A DNA stretch of 63,133 bases, filler included, from 8 parts of 8 records of this genome joined end to end with filler, not necessarily neighbours in it, one strand, 5' to 3'. Numbered from the whole stretch's first letter, positions 53,168-62,667 are shown. Notes: generated from the sequence alone by a model not told the origin. Program-made: numbers and translations.

Positions 53168-54463
53168 TTATTCTAGTCCTTTCACAAATTTGGTGATTTC
53201 ATTCGCTACTTCCGTCACCATTTTTTCATCTTTATGTGAGATAGTAATACGAATCAAAGGTTCAGTACCACTCGCTCTAACAAGCAATAAACTATGTTCC
53301 CCTAGTTTTTGTTTCATTTGCTCAATAAATTGCTTTGTTTCTAGATTGTTTAAAATTGTCTTATCTACATCTTTTAAATTAGTTGTTTGATAAGGATATA
53401 ATTCAATATCTTTAGTTAATTCTTTAAGAGATAGTTTTAAATCACTTAAGACTTGAAGTACATAGATGGCTGCTAATAATCCATCCCCTGTATGAAGTAA
53501 ATGCCTTAAAATGATATGTCCGCTGTTTTCTCCACCAATCATATAATCGTTTTGATTAAGTTCTAAAGAAACATATTTATCTCCCACATCAGTTAACGAT
53601 ACATCTATATTATTTTTAGAAAATGCTTCAAGGATGCCTGGATTACTCATTTTAGTGAGTACTGCGTGATTTGATTTTAACATATTTTTATCTTTTAAAT
53701 ATTTAGAAATTATATAAATGATTTGATCGCCATCATATATTTGATCTTGATTACATATGATAAGGCGATCGCCATCGCCGTCAAAGCTAAATCCAATATC
53801 AAGATTATTTTCTTTTAAATAACTTTGTAAAAAGTCTATATGGGTAGAGCCACAACCCTTATTAATATTTAATCCATTGGGAGATGCACCTATCTGCATA
53901 GCATCAACATTGAAATGATCAAATACTTTTTTAGCTATTTGGTAGTTTGCACCGTTTGCACTATCATATGCGATTTTAAAAGGAATGTTTTTAATATTGA
54001 AATCTTTATATATGTTCATGTATGTCGATTCCAAATCTTCTAAGAGTTCAAATGTATTAAATGATTGAATTTCTTTTCGAGGATCATCTATAAATGATTC
54101 AATAATAGATTCTTCTTTAGTAGTCGTTTTATAACCTTTATTAAATACTTTAATCCCATTATCTGTGTACGGATTATGTGATGCAGTAATCATCACACCC
54201 ATGATTTGTTTTTCTTTAGCATAGTAGGCAATCATTGGTGTAGAACAAACACCTGCAAATAAAACTTTTACGCCTTGAGATAACGCGCCTGCAGCAATCA
54301 TATGCGATAACATCGGCGAGGATAGTCTTGTATCATACCCTATAACAACAGTATTTAAACCTATAGCTTCTTTTAAGCCTTGTCCAAGTCTAAATGCAAG
54401 TGTTTCGTTAAGTCTTTTAAAAGCGATGCCACGAATGCCATCTGTTCCAAAATATTTACCCAT
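53168..54463 (-). CDS. glmM: Phosphoglucosamine mutase
   Basis: YFGTDGIRG, TASHNP, FDGDGDR, GGENSGH and RASGTEP motifs. Confidence 0.95.
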   Translation of the reverse strand: MGKYFGTDGIRGIAFKRLNETLAFRLGQGLKEAIGLNTVVIGYDTRLSSPMLSHMIAAGALSQGVKVLFAGVCSTPMIAYYAKEKQIMGVMITASHNPYTDNGIKVFNKGYKTTTKEESIIESFIDDPRKEIQSFNTFELLEDLESTYMNIYKDFNIKNIPFKIAYDSANGANYQIAKKVFDHFNVDAMQIGASPNGLNINKGCGSTHIDFLQSYLKENNLDIGFSFDGDGDRLIICNQDQIYDGDQIIYIISKYLKDKNMLKSNHAVLTKMSNPGILEAFSKNNIDVSLTDVGDKYVSLELNQNDYMIGGENSGHIILRHLLHTGDGLLAAIYVLQVLSDLKLSLKELTKDIELYPYQTTNLKDVDKTILNNLETKQFIEQMKQKLGEHSLLLVRASGTEPLIRITISHKDEKMVTEVANEITKFVKGLE

Positions 54464-54472
54464 GATTATCTC

Positions 54473-56257
54473 CTATTCAACTGTTACGCTTTTCGCGAGG
54501 TTTCTTGGTTTATCAATATCAAGCCCACGTTCTAGTGCTGCATAATATGACAGTAATTGTGCTGGCACAATTGTTACCATTGAAGCAAGCAATGGATCAC
54601 AATCTTTTAAAACAATTTGATCTGTTGCAAGTGCAACGCTTTCTAAAGAAATGATAAGTGCATGTGCACCTCTTGTAATCACTTCATTAAGATTTGATCT
54701 TGTATTTTTCGAAATATCAGGATTTGATATGATAGCTATCACTGGTGTATGATTTTCAATTAAAGCAATGGTTCCATGCTTTAATTCACCAGCAACAAAA
54801 CCTTCAGTTTGAATATAAGATATTTCTTTTAATTTTAATGATGCTTCAAGTGATGTATAGTAATCGATGTCTCTACCGATATAGAAACAATTTCTTTTTA
54901 CAAAGTAATCATGAGCAATTGATGCCATTCCTTGAGTTTCAAGAAATACTTCAATTGAGTGTGCAACACGTTCTAATTCATATTTTACATCATATGGCGT
55001 ATCTGTCAAAGCATTTGCAAGTATATAAAGTACTGCTATTTGTGCAATATAGGCTTTTGTAGAGGCAACTGCTATTTCAGGACCTGCATATAATGATAGA
55101 TAATGATTAGCTTCTCTAGCAAGTGTAGATGTCTTAACATTAGTTATCGTTAATACAGGATAATTCAATTTCTTTATGTTTAGTAAACATGCTCTAAGAT
55201 CAGCAGTTTCACCAGATTGTGTAATTAATATAAAATAAGGTTTAGTTGTTAATAAAGGCATGTGATAGGCAAATTCAGAGGCTATATGCACTTCTACTGG
55301 AATGCCAGTAATTTCTTCTAACATACGCTTACCGACAAATCCAGCATGCATAGATGTTCCTGCAGCTAGGATGTATATTCTATCGGATTTCTTCATTTGA
55401 CCAATAATTGATTGATCAATTTTAGGTAAATCATCAACAACATAATTTTGAATGATTCTTCTAATCACTGAAGGTTGTTCATAAATTTCTTTTAACATGA
55501 AATGTTGATATGTACCAAGTTCAGCTGTTACTTCATCATGATCTATTTTTAAATAGGATACATTTTGAGATTCATGAGAAAGATTATATGATTTAACACT
55601 TGTTGCATGTGCAACAATAAATGTATGATCATTAATCGCAAAATATTCATCCGCATAACCAACAAGTGCCATAAGATCAGAGGCTATAGTCACTCCATCT
55701 TTAGATTTACCTATAACTAATGGTGATTTATTTTTAGCTGCATAGATTGTATCTGGATCATGTGTGTCAATCACAAGTAATGCATATGATCCTTCTAGCA
55801 ATTTAAGTGTTGTCAGTATTGCAGTTTCAACATTAAATGATTTTGAAAAAGTTTCAATAAGTTGTGCAATCACTTCAGTATCAGTTTCTGAATAAAATAT
55901 TGAATTTTTTAAATATTGTTCTTTCAACTCATCATGGTTTTCTATGACACCATTGTGAACAATAATAAATCTTTTAGATTGAGAATAATGAGGGTGAGCA
56001 TTTTCTTTTGTCACTTTTCCATGCGTTGCCCATCTAGTGTGCCCGATACCTATAGTTGAAGGAGACACGTTTTTAGTCATGTCAACTATTTTTTGTACAC
56101 GACCAAAATCTTTATATATTTCAAATGTTTCATATCTATCATTGAATAAAGAAATACCCGCAGAGTCATATCCGCGGTATTCTAATTTTTGAAGTCCAGA
56201 AAGGACTATATTTTTTGCGCTTTTATTTTTCCCTATAAACCCTACAATTCCACACAT
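54473..56257 (-). CDS. glmS: Glutamine-fructose-6-phosphate aminotransferase
   Basis: MCGIVG start, EYRGYDSAG, GHTRWATHG, PRNLAKSVTVE end. Confidence 0.98.
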   Translation of the reverse strand: MCGIVGFIGKNKSAKNIVLSGLQKLEYRGYDSAGISLFNDRYETFEIYKDFGRVQKIVDMTKNVSPSTIGIGHTRWATHGKVTKENAHPHYSQSKRFIIVHNGVIENHDELKEQYLKNSIFYSETDTEVIAQLIETFSKSFNVETAILTTLKLLEGSYALLVIDTHDPDTIYAAKNKSPLVIGKSKDGVTIASDLMALVGYADEYFAINDHTFIVAHATSVKSYNLSHESQNVSYLKIDHDEVTAELGTYQHFMLKEIYEQPSVIRRIIQNYVVDDLPKIDQSIIGQMKKSDRIYILAAGTSMHAGFVGKRMLEEITGIPVEVHIASEFAYHMPLLTTKPYFILITQSGETADLRACLLNIKKLNYPVLTITNVKTSTLAREANHYLSLYAGPEIAVASTKAYIAQIAVLYILANALTDTPYDVKYELERVAHSIEVFLETQGMASIAHDYFVKRNCFYIGRDIDYYTSLEASLKLKEISYIQTEGFVAGELKHGTIALIENHTPVIAIISNPDISKNTRSNLNEVITRGAHALIISLESVALATDQIVLKDCDPLLASMVTIVPAQLLSYYAALERGLDIDKPRNLAKSVTVE

Positions 56258-56363
56258 ACTGACTACTCCTTTCCCCCACAAATTTAATATTTACTAATAT
56301 TATACTATATCCACATAATCAATTGTTAATGAAAGACAATTAAAATCAAATTATATTTAACTA

Positions 56364-56541
56364 TCATTCCCAAATTTCAATTTCTCTTCTTATTTTTTTA
56401 TAAAGAATATCTTATGTAAAAATTCAGTTGTTTTGATTAGAAACATTGCTTGCTTAAAAGTCCCTTCCCCTAGATTTACAAACCAATTTGTAGATTTTTT
56501 AGAATATTTTACACCCTTTTTCCAACCAAAACCTATTTTTT
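56364..56541 (-). CDS. C-terminal fragment resembling a MurB-like FAD oxidoreductase (homopolymer indel near 56393-56399)
   Basis: KYSKKSTNWFVNLGEGTFKQAMFLI...IRREIEIWE resembles the MurB C-terminal S.KH.N..VN.G..T...E..IW pattern. Confidence 0.45.
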
Positions 56542-56641
56542 NNNNNNNNNNNNNNNNNNNNNNNNNNNNNNNNNNNNNNNNNNNNTTAATTAATTAANNN
56601 NNNNNNNNNNNNNNNNNNNNNNNNNNNNNNNNNNNNNNNNN
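56542..56641. other. Artificial contig linker
   Basis: N44-TTAATTAATTAA-N44. Confidence 0.99.
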
Positions 56642-56658
56642 CCTCAGGCACGAGAATA

Positions 56659-56720
56659 AGTATATCATGAGCTGTAGGATAAGTCAACGATTTTTTTATA
56701 AAAAAGTAAATTTTTTTTTA
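56659..56720 (-). promoter_or_regulatory. Strong sigma70 promoter firing off the contig edge (rRNA/tRNA-operon-like)
   Basis: TTGACT (56682-56687)-17 nt-TATACT (56659-56664), extended TG, upstream A-tracts. Confidence 0.65.
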
Positions 56721-56966
56721 CTAGAATTATTTACTTCTTGATTTTCAATAGTTTGCGAAAATAGATTATGGTTCATTTTTTTAGAATAATAACTAACAAA
56801 ATTAAAAAAACAGAAGTTTATCGCTGAGGAGTTTTATGATATAATTTGTTGTAAGTAATATCTTTGTTATTGAAAGTTTATAAAAAACAAATATTCAACT
56901 TATAATTTTGAATGGAGGCTGCTTATAATTATCTATCTCTTTTCACATATTTTAACTAGAAAAATT

Positions 56967-57227
56967 TTGTTGATCAGGAAAGTTGCACATTCCATAAGTA
57001 AACTAAATTCTAACGAGAAGATTAATATTCCTAATAATGATGAACTTGGAGATCTTGCCAATGATATTAGTGAGATTTCAATTACATTAAAAGAAACCGT
57101 TTCTGAACTACAAAAAAAGAATATTGTATTAAATAAAGATAAAAAAACTTTGGAAAACTTGAATTTAGAGTTAAAGCTAATTGACAGGAAATTACCTAAT
57201 TATTCATTTTTAATGTTGTATAATTAA
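56967..57227 (+). pseudogene. HAMP/coiled-coil fragment of a sensor protein
   Basis: NNDELGDLANDI HAMP motif; no TM or output domain; no clear RBS. Confidence 0.5.
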
Positions 57228-57255
57228 CACGTGAAATGAATTTAAAACTTTTGAG

Positions 57256-58008
57256 GTGGCAGAAATGCATAGTAAAGTATTGAAGTTTAGAATAGTTATT
57301 ATTGCTTTATTTTTAATAAATATGATTTGTGAGGCAACTTATTTGCAAATAGTTACCGAAGATTGGCCTCCATATAATTATGTAAGTGATGAAAAACTTA
57401 CGGGCTTTTCTTATGAGATAGTACAGCATATAATTGAGGATTTAAACTTAGATATTGAAATCAAAATATATCCTGGTAATAGAAGTACTAGGCTTTTAGA
57501 TATTGATAAAAGAGTAATGTTCTTTAGTTTGTTTCGAAACGAGGTACGGGAGAATAAATATAAATGGATAGGACCCTTAGCAAAAGATAAGTTTTACTTC
57601 TATAAAAGAAAAGGGAGTAACTTAGTGATAAAAACTCTAGATGATGTTAAAAAAGTTAAGAAAATTGCTACGAGAAGCACTGGTGTAGTTTACAGGTATT
57701 TGGCTGCAAATGAAGTCACTAATCTAGATGTATCAATAAACAATGAGAGTATATATATGAAGTTAATATCTGGACGCGTTGATCTTGCAATTGCAGATAC
57801 ACCCGTTGGTGTTATATATATGCTTAATAAATTAGGTTATACTGCTGACGTTATAGAGCAAACACAGCTTGGTGTGTTAGAGAAGAGTTTGTATATTGCG
57901 GCAAGTAAGGATATACCAGATGAAGAGATTGAGTTATGGCAGCAATCTTTGGATAAATTAAAAGCTAACGGAGTTTATAATGTGATTTATAAAAAATATT
58001 TGAAATAA
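57256..58008 (+). CDS. Family 3 substrate-binding protein (orphan)
   Basis: TEDWPPYNY, GRVDL and G.Y..IYKKY motifs; signal peptide. Confidence 0.85.
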   Translation: MAEMHSKVLKFRIVIIALFLINMICEATYLQIVTEDWPPYNYVSDEKLTGFSYEIVQHIIEDLNLDIEIKIYPGNRSTRLLDIDKRVMFFSLFRNEVRENKYKWIGPLAKDKFYFYKRKGSNLVIKTLDDVKKVKKIATRSTGVVYRYLAANEVTNLDVSINNESIYMKLISGRVDLAIADTPVGVIYMLNKLGYTADVIEQTQLGVLEKSLYIAASKDIPDEEIELWQQSLDKLKANGVYNVIYKKYLK

Positions 58009-58039
58009 AATAACGGTAGATTTTACTCTACCGTTATTT
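58008..58039. terminator. Hairpin between convergent genes, overlapping the last codons of the minus-strand gene
   Basis: AAATAACGGTAGA-ttttac-TCTACCGTTATTT. Confidence 0.65.
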
Positions 58040-58397
58040 CGACTCTAGTACCATCTTCTTGTTCAATATCAACAATTTTTCCCTCTGCACCGCTCTGGAT
58101 TAGTTCAATAATCTCATTTGCATCAACACCCTCGATGTCCTTCATATCCTTCGAATATTTAACGCCGAGATTTAAAGCAATTTTAACAAGTGCAATGGGA
58201 ATATTAATTTTAGCTTTTATTCCGTCGCTTGGATCAAAGACTCTAATCCTAAGCCATTTTGCTTGACCACTTGGTATGAGTTCCTTTGAAAAAGGATCAA
58301 CTTTGCTCTCGAGAGCTTCTAATAGCTTTAGCCCCTCTTCTGAAGAGACAGTTCCGTTTTTTATCATTTCAAGGATTTTCAATTTTTCATCTTCCAT
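58023..58397 (-). CDS. SHOCT-like domain protein (DUF2089-associated)
   Basis: EKLKILEMIKNGTVSSEEGLKLLEAL; WLRIRV...KINIP; GKIVDI...VEITVE. Confidence 0.8.
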   Translation of the reverse strand: MEDEKLKILEMIKNGTVSSEEGLKLLEALESKVDPFSKELIPSGQAKWLRIRVFDPSDGIKAKINIPIALVKIALNLGVKYSKDMKDIEGVDANEIIELIQSGAEGKIVDIEQEDGTRVEITVE

Positions 58398-58425
58398 CTA
58401 TAGACCCCCTAATTAATCATAGCAA

Positions 58426-58557
58426 TTATTCATCGTTGTAATTTTCCTGAATTTCACTTTCATTCTCTTGTTCTATGTTGCTAGTAGACTGTGGAACTAG
58501 CCACTCGTTCATCATTAGAAGTGAAATTAAATTGTCAGCATATATTTTTTTATCCAT
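58426..58557 (-). CDS. Small acidic protein (43 aa), not in the ORF track
   Basis: GAGGGA RBS; MDKKIYADNLISLLMMNEWLVPQSTSNIEQENESEIQENYNDE; fills a gap in the operon. Confidence 0.55.
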   Translation of the reverse strand: MDKKIYADNLISLLMMNEWLVPQSTSNIEQENESEIQENYNDE

Positions 58558-58575
58558 AAAATCCCTCATTTAGAT

Positions 58576-59106
58576 TTACTGTTCTATATTAATATTTGAG
58601 AGTACTGCGTTGACTTTAACCCTAATTCTATTGTCTGAATCATCATACAGCGCTGTTTTAATTGTCTTTTTACCTAATATTGGAAGGTCTCCATCTGCAA
58701 GCTCCATATTAGATAAAACTGAAGTAATCTCAAGCTTAATAGGTAGATTATTGTTTAATTTAATTCTCCCATCCCCAAACAATACATTGATAGTAATATC
58801 TCGATGAACCTCTTGGTTAATATCCTCTAGATTAATATACCCGCGTCCAAATAATATATTATAATCTGATTGATTTTCCTGTATTTTTATTCTTCTTTTT
58901 TGGAAAATAGAGTTATTTTCACCAAACTCTTCTGAGAAATGATTTTTATTTTTTTTAACAGGTCGATTATCTCCATTTAGAATCTTGATACCAAATATAA
59001 CTAAAGTTATAGCAATAGCTATTCTAAGTATAGGAAATCCAAAAGGTATAACCATAGATGCGCCAAGAACTATTAAGAGAACACCAACAAAAAATCCAAA
59101 TTTCAT
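58576..59106 (-). CDS. LiaF-like membrane protein
   Basis: N-terminal TMs plus a C-terminal beta domain (NSIF, ILFG, INVLFG). Confidence 0.65.
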   Translation of the reverse strand: MKFGFFVGVLLIVLGASMVIPFGFPILRIAIAITLVIFGIKILNGDNRPVKKNKNHFSEEFGENNSIFQKRRIKIQENQSDYNILFGRGYINLEDINQEVHRDITINVLFGDGRIKLNNNLPIKLEITSVLSNMELADGDLPILGKKTIKTALYDDSDNRIRVKVNAVLSNINIEQ

Positions 59107-59130
59107 TTTAATACCCTCCTTTGCAATTAA

Positions 59131-59289
59131 TTATAAATTACGAATATGACAATTTCTTCCTTTATTTCTGGCAATTAATTTGACTCCAAAATAGATTAGT
59201 ATAAGTGGAACAAACAGATGGAAAAAGTTTACTCCAACAAATATTGCTAATCCTATGATAATAAGAGCTATTCCTCCTACGCTTTTCAT
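59131..59289 (-). CDS. Small two-TM membrane protein (52 aa, LiaI/LiaF-TM-like), not in the ORF track
   Basis: GAGGAGG RBS; MKSVGGIALIIIGLAIFVGVNFFHLFVPLILIYFGVKLIARNK... Confidence 0.7.
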   Translation of the reverse strand: MKSVGGIALIIIGLAIFVGVNFFHLFVPLILIYFGVKLIARNKGRNCHIRNL

Positions 59290-59311
59290 GGCTATCCTCC
59301 TCTATAATAAT

Positions 59312-60655
59312 TTATTGAATGTTAACGTTCCCATTGCTAGTAGATACAACGACCTTTATAGCATCTTCATCGCTAATATCACTATAGTTTTTACCACTAA
59401 GATTATTGTTGCCTTGTAGTGTTTTATTCGATTCTGTAACTTCAAAGTTCGGGATGTTTATATTGATTGTCCCTTGAGTTGTAGCGGCATCCACTTTGAA
59501 ATATTTATTGCTGTTAGAAAATTTAGTATTTATAGATGAATTTGATGTATTAAGTGAAAGCTGTTTTAAAGCAACTGTACTGATATCACTTAAAATAATT
59601 TTACCATTTGAAGTATCGCAATCAATCTGGCTAAGTTTACAATCAGATAATTTAACTGAGGCATTGGTAGTTTTAGCTAAGAATTTTTCAGCGATAATAT
59701 CATTTAGTACGATTTGACCATTTTGCGAATAGGCCTCAATATCCATAGTATTTATATCATCAAGGTTAATAGATGAGTTAGCTGTAGTTAAATTAATCTT
59801 ATCTGCCTTAATATCCTCAAGTGTAATTTTACCATTTTTAGTATTAGCAACTATTTGTCTAACTCTAGAATCTGCAATTTTGATACCAGAATTTTTAGTA
59901 TTGCACTCTAAAATATTTGAATTTACATCCTTCACATCAATTTTACCATTTTTAGAATTAAGGGCAATTTTATTGAATTCTTTACCAGGAATAGAGGCTA
60001 AGATATTAAGGGTAATGTTATCCCTCATTGTAGGATTAAAAGTTAATTTGTTCTCATTAACTTCATATGCAAATGGTTCGTTAACTAGTGTCTCTTTATT
60101 GTTTTTGTAAGCATATTCAACTTCTAGTTTCACAATATTATCAATAGATTCTTTTAATGTTAGTTTCCCATTTAATGCCTGAAGTGAGATATCACTAATG
60201 TTTTCAGCGGGGAGTTCAATGATCTCTTTCGTAAGTTTAGTATCTGGATTTTCCCAGAATTTATCAAAAGGATTACCATCAAGAATCTCTTCAACTTTAT
60301 CAAGAACCTTTTCGGAGAAAACTTGTGTTTTTTTAGCGATCTCTTCTCCTAAAAATGAAAAACGCTTACTGAACTTATCATCCCATTTGTCAAACTTATC
60401 AGAGAAACGGTCAAAGTTTTTCTCAAATTTAGTTTTCTTGTTTTTATTTGACCCTGTTTCTTCTTTGTTGAAGTTATATTCTGTTTGTCTATCCTCTTCT
60501 TTTTCTTGTGGTTGCTCTTTATCATCAAAAATATTCTCATTTACAAACTCATCGTACTCTGTTTCTTCAAGTGCTTCTAATAGTTTCATACCTTCAGAAG
60601 CACTTATTTTTCCACTCTCTATCATCTCTAAAATTTTTCTTTTTTCTTCGCTCAC
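59312..60655 (-). CDS. YvlB/LiaX-like protein: SHOCT-like N-terminus + DUF4097 beta-repeat
   Basis: EEKRKILEMIESGKISASEGMKLLEAL; repeated T.NG.I / T.NS.I units. Confidence 0.85.
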   Translation of the reverse strand: MSEEKRKILEMIESGKISASEGMKLLEALEETEYDEFVNENIFDDKEQPQEKEEDRQTEYNFNKEETGSNKNKKTKFEKNFDRFSDKFDKWDDKFSKRFSFLGEEIAKKTQVFSEKVLDKVEEILDGNPFDKFWENPDTKLTKEIIELPAENISDISLQALNGKLTLKESIDNIVKLEVEYAYKNNKETLVNEPFAYEVNENKLTFNPTMRDNITLNILASIPGKEFNKIALNSKNGKIDVKDVNSNILECNTKNSGIKIADSRVRQIVANTKNGKITLEDIKADKINLTTANSSINLDDINTMDIEAYSQNGQIVLNDIIAEKFLAKTTNASVKLSDCKLSQIDCDTSNGKIILSDISTVALKQLSLNTSNSSINTKFSNSNKYFKVDAATTQGTININIPNFEVTESNKTLQGNNNLSGKNYSDISDEDAIKVVVSTSNGNVNIQ

Positions 60656-60685
60656 GTTTATACTCCTTTCTACATAAATATATTT

Positions 60686-61054
60686 TTATTTCTCTTTAAG
60701 CAGTGAAAGTGCTTCGTCAGCTGTAATTTCACCTTTGCTAAGCTTTTCCAATATTTCTTTTTTATTAACTTTTGGTTCCTGTTGCTCTGTCTTGTAACCA
60801 AGTGCTTCAATTACATTATCAAGAGTTCTACGAACAGTTGGGTAAGATATTCCGAGTTCTTTTTCGATCTCTTTTATATTTCCTCTGTTTTTTATGAATA
60901 CTTCCGCAAAATATCTTTGCTCATTTGATAAATAATCAAATTTAGTTAGTTCAAACTTTCCTGAAACACCTGTACCACAGTGTGTACACTCTAGATTAGT
61001 AACAATCATCTTGGAAGAACAGACTGGACATTTACTTAGAACTTCTTTTCTCAT
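60686..61054 (-). CDS. DUF2089 Zn-ribbon/HTH protein with C-terminal SHOCT-like motif
   Basis: CPVC...CTHC; GNIKEIEKELGISYPTVR; ILEKLSKGEITADEAL. Confidence 0.9.
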   Translation of the reverse strand: MRKEVLSKCPVCSSKMIVTNLECTHCGTGVSGKFELTKFDYLSNEQRYFAEVFIKNRGNIKEIEKELGISYPTVRRTLDNVIEALGYKTEQQEPKVNKKEILEKLSKGEITADEALSLLKEK

Positions 61055-61164
61055 TTTTTCACCTCCAAAGATTTGAAATTAAGATATTGAATATATATCT
61101 TAAAAAAATAAAAGTATTGATTAATAAAATTAAGTTTGTTGTTAATTTTTATCTCCTCACTAGT

Positions 61165-61193
61165 AATATACTCGAAAAAATTAAGGAAGTCAA
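61165..61193 (-). promoter_or_regulatory. Sigma70 promoter of the DUF2089 operon
   Basis: TTGACT-17 nt-TATATT on the minus strand. Confidence 0.55.
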
Positions 61194-61343
61194 TAGTAAA
61201 ATTAAAATTTTTAAATAAATTTATTAATTATATTAATTTTTAGTTTAATAATATCAATATAAGTTAGTGGAGCTTGAATAAAGTTAAGAATGATGTTAAT
61301 CTATAGGCAGATAAGAAAGAAGAATAGATATATTGGAGGGCAA

Positions 61344-61955
61344 ATGAGATTTGATAATGAGGCAAAGACATGGGATTCTGACTTAAGGGTAAAGAGAGCA
61401 AAGCTTATTTCGGATAAAATTAGGAAGTCAATTCCCCAAAGCGGAACGTTGAACGCAATGGAGTTTGGATGTGGAACTGGATTAATAGGTTTTAATTTAT
61501 TATCTGAATTTGAAAGCTTAACTTTTATTGATTATTCAGAAGGAATGATAGAGGAAGTTAATAAAAAAATTAACGAGCAAAATATATTAAATGCATCTGG
61601 AATTCAAATTGATTTAACGAAAGAGAGTTTAGATAGTAAATTTGACTTAATATTTACCTCAATGGCTCTTCATCATATAAAGGGTATAAAGGGAGTATTA
61701 AGGAAATTATCCTCTTTATTAAATAAAAATGGGCGACTAGTTGTTGTTGAACTTGATGAAGAGGATGGTTCATTCCATATGACAGAGCATGATTATGATG
61801 GACATAATGGATTTAAGCAAAATAGTTTCAGGCAGCTGTTAAATGAAACTGGTTTTTCAAAAGCTAGTATTGAGACATTTTATCATGGGGAAAAGAGAGT
61901 ATTAGATAAAATAATAAGTTATAGTTTATTTATTGCTGTGACAGAAAAAAACTAA
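61344..61955 (+). CDS. Class I SAM-dependent methyltransferase
   Basis: MEFGCGTG, FDLI and MALHHI motifs; GGAGG precedes ATG at 61344. Confidence 0.9.
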   Translation: MRFDNEAKTWDSDLRVKRAKLISDKIRKSIPQSGTLNAMEFGCGTGLIGFNLLSEFESLTFIDYSEGMIEEVNKKINEQNILNASGIQIDLTKESLDSKFDLIFTSMALHHIKGIKGVLRKLSSLLNKNGRLVVVELDEEDGSFHMTEHDYDGHNGFKQNSFRQLLNETGFSKASIETFYHGEKRVLDKIISYSLFIAVTEKN

Positions 61956-62287
61956 GCTATAGAAAAGTTGGTTTTTGATTAAAAAAAGAGTAAAATTTAG
62001 TTAGTGAGTTTCCCAAATGAATTTCAAATTATTGATTAAGCAAAATGTTGTAGAAAAAAGCAATAAGGTAAAGAAGGAGGAAAATGAAATTCACTATGGT
62101 GGTGGGAAAGAATTACTACGAAGATGAAGCGAACACGACATGAGATTAGATATTGGTGTTCTTTGATAAAATATTAAAAAAAGAGGTTTATTTATAATAA
62201 AGCTTTGATTTGTCTTTTAGATTAATCAAAGCTTTAAGTTTATATTTATATAATTTATATCATGTTAATTTTAGGAAAGGGGAAAAA

Positions 62288-62667
62288 ATGAAGCAAAATC
62301 TGGATGAGATATTTGATAAAATAGAGACCCTGTTGAGGGAATATGAAAATCCATTGGTAGTTCGCTCGAAAGTTAATGGGAAAAGAGAGTATCACCTTTG
62401 GTCGGAAAAAACTTGGAAATTGCTGGGCGTAAACGAAAAGAGGTATATTTCGCGGGGATAATTATCCAGAAGAATTATGTGGGATTTTACTATATGCCGA
62501 TCTATAGTGATGTTGGTTTAAAAGATGTGTTTGATGAGAATTTATTAAAACTGCTGAAAGGAAAATCATGTTTTCATATAAAAAGATATGATGAAACTAT
62601 AGAAAAGGAGCTTAAAAAGGCTTTGGAAATAGGTTATGATTTATATCTCAAACGAGCTTGGATATAA
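62288..62667 (+). CDS. DUF1801-like protein split by a homopolymer frameshift at 62406-62411
   Basis: One added A gives ...HLWSEKNLEIAGRKRKEVYFAGIIIQKNYVGFYYMPIY...LLKGKSCFHIK. Confidence 0.7.

Noticed and set aside
56258-56363. glmS ribozyme upstream of glmS
   Set aside because: The intergenic space is only ~105 nt and very AT-rich, with a TATAAT about 40 nt before the start; no ribozyme core is recognisable
62084-62143. GGAGG-preceded 19-codon ORF (MKFTMVVGKNYYEDEANTT)
   Set aside because: Too short to support; it may be a gene remnant and shows no associated structure
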